DNA from: Spongospora subterranea f. sp. subterranea
Lineage: Eukaryota
NCBI GenBank assembly: GCA_049724395.1
Contig: JAUGWO010000068.1
Location: forward strand, 1 to 64,000
DNA: 64,000 nucleotides
Direction: 5' to 3'
Position numbers and translations under genes: made by a program. Positions 62,901-64,000 of this stretch are shown piece after piece. The number at the start of each line of letters is the position of its first letter. The stretch's first letter is position 1. Under the pieces are notes generated by a model that saw only the letters and a list, made by a program, of their open reading frames with translations, was not told the DNA's origin and searched no databases.

Positions 62901-64000
62901 CTGGTTGGAACATATTGTACTCCAACAGACGTCTGCAGGTACTGCGTCCTCCGATCCGAACGATTTCTATGAGGCCGGCATCGAGCAGCGCTTCCAGAAA
63001 CTGGTCGAGTTGTCGGTTCGTATAACATATGCAGAGGATGCGGGTACTGCTGTTTAACAATAATGCTCTGGAGGCCATGACCCCGATCAATGTTTTCCCC
63101 GTACCAGGAGGGCCCTGAAGCGCAATTCCAGAAAATATTAGAGCATGTTACCAATCAATCGATGATCATCGTTGAAAACAAAACAACTTCGCATGGCTCA
63201 ATTCTTACCTGGATTAACGATATATTATGCCTTCTATCGATCGCCGTCAAAAACGATTGCCGTTGTGCTTGGTCCAGTTGCAAAAAGTTTTGATATAATC
63301 GTTTCCAATCACACATCATGTCACAATCTTGTTGGTTTTCCTGTGAAATCCTCTCGTGCACCATCTCCCTGAACATGCAAAACGAAATTTTCTTGGGAAT
63401 CCGGATTGATTTATCGCTGTTTGGTGATCGTGGCATGGCTAGGTCGTCGTATAGTGGGCACCCCATGGTTGTTTGAAGGGCACTCAGAACGGGCTCGTAA
63501 GAGAAGAATTCGGTACAGACGTGGATTAAGGCTCCTTGAAGTTTCGCTCGAATGCAATGATATAGAAAACCCATTTCAATCGAGCTCTCAACGGCAAAAC
63601 TGACTTGCATAAGCTTATGTGAATTGCCGTTGTTTTCCTCGAAACTTGGATTGAATATTAACCAAACGACTTTCCCAATAATAACGCCAACGTCTTCCAC
63701 GATGAAACACGCTAAAGACCCTTTGCTCAACCAATGAGTTCGCTTCCAATAATCCTCCTGGTCCTCTTCTTTCTGTGCGAGGACTGATTCTGGTTTTGGG
63801 ACATGGAGCTCTACACAAGGAACTGGGTCAATGGAAAAATTCGAGACTGAGACTTTGTCGAATTTGGGAACGTTGGGGGAAGCCGTATATGACCGTAATT
63901 TCTGGCGCAATGTACTCAGCATATCTTCGCGAACAAGGCGAAACGCCCGGTCCCGCATTCGCATCGTTGGCGACTCTGCTAGAAAACCGACGTCGTTATG
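59920..64000 (-). CDS. ZNFX1-like SF1 (Upf1-family) RNA helicase with Cys-rich fingers, coiled coil and C-terminal RING plus Rcat-like domain; 5' partial
   Basis: FRLVREDM; Walker A IQ|GPPGTGKT restored by splicing intron 63115-63208; CYTNRQLDQFLE, IIEEAAE, IGDHKQLRP, QHRMRPQI, TPYLGQ, TVDNFQGEE, SLVRSN, RVNVLLSRAK; GGCLVPCGDILKCGHACQASCH; C-terminal CGVC...HFLCKDC...CP and CPRC...FDGCCALTC..CGCPFCAFC. Confidence 0.9.

Noticed and set aside
63090..63210. Apparent frameshift or split of the helicase (missing Walker A)
   Set aside because: Explained by a canonical 94-nt GT-AG intron (63115-63208) that restores QGPPGTGKT.

Overview
This is eukaryotic nuclear DNA: gene-dense, with short GT-AG introns and a Pol III tRNA gene. 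The gene content (secreted CE4 deacetylase, GPAT9-type acyltransferase, DH-PH RhoGEF, CDPK7-like kinases, C2CD5) suggests a protist of the SAR group, possibly a phytomyxid; that is an inference only. Two zones are rich in transposable elements. The first (~1-11.4 kb) holds a DD39D mariner and two related Ty3/gypsy chromovirus remnants around a secreted chitin-deacetylase-like gene. The second (~23-28 kb) holds Ulp1-like remnants, an intronless LRR gene, a fold-back pogo element, chained palindromes and a MITE-like element. The remainder carries housekeeping genes: UGGT, GST, RhoGEF, DOLPP1, GPAT9, UBE2J/UBC6, tRNA-Leu(AAG), GatA, a PWWP protein and C2CD5. The highlights are (i) a tandem cluster of three diverged myristoyl-EF-hand-(zinc ribbon)-PH-kinase paralogues and (ii) a ZNFX1-type SF1 RNA helicase fused to a C-terminal RING plus Rcat-like (RBR-type) E3 module, which runs off the window end. 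Multi-exon gene coordinates are first-to-last-codon spans read by eye and may be slightly off.
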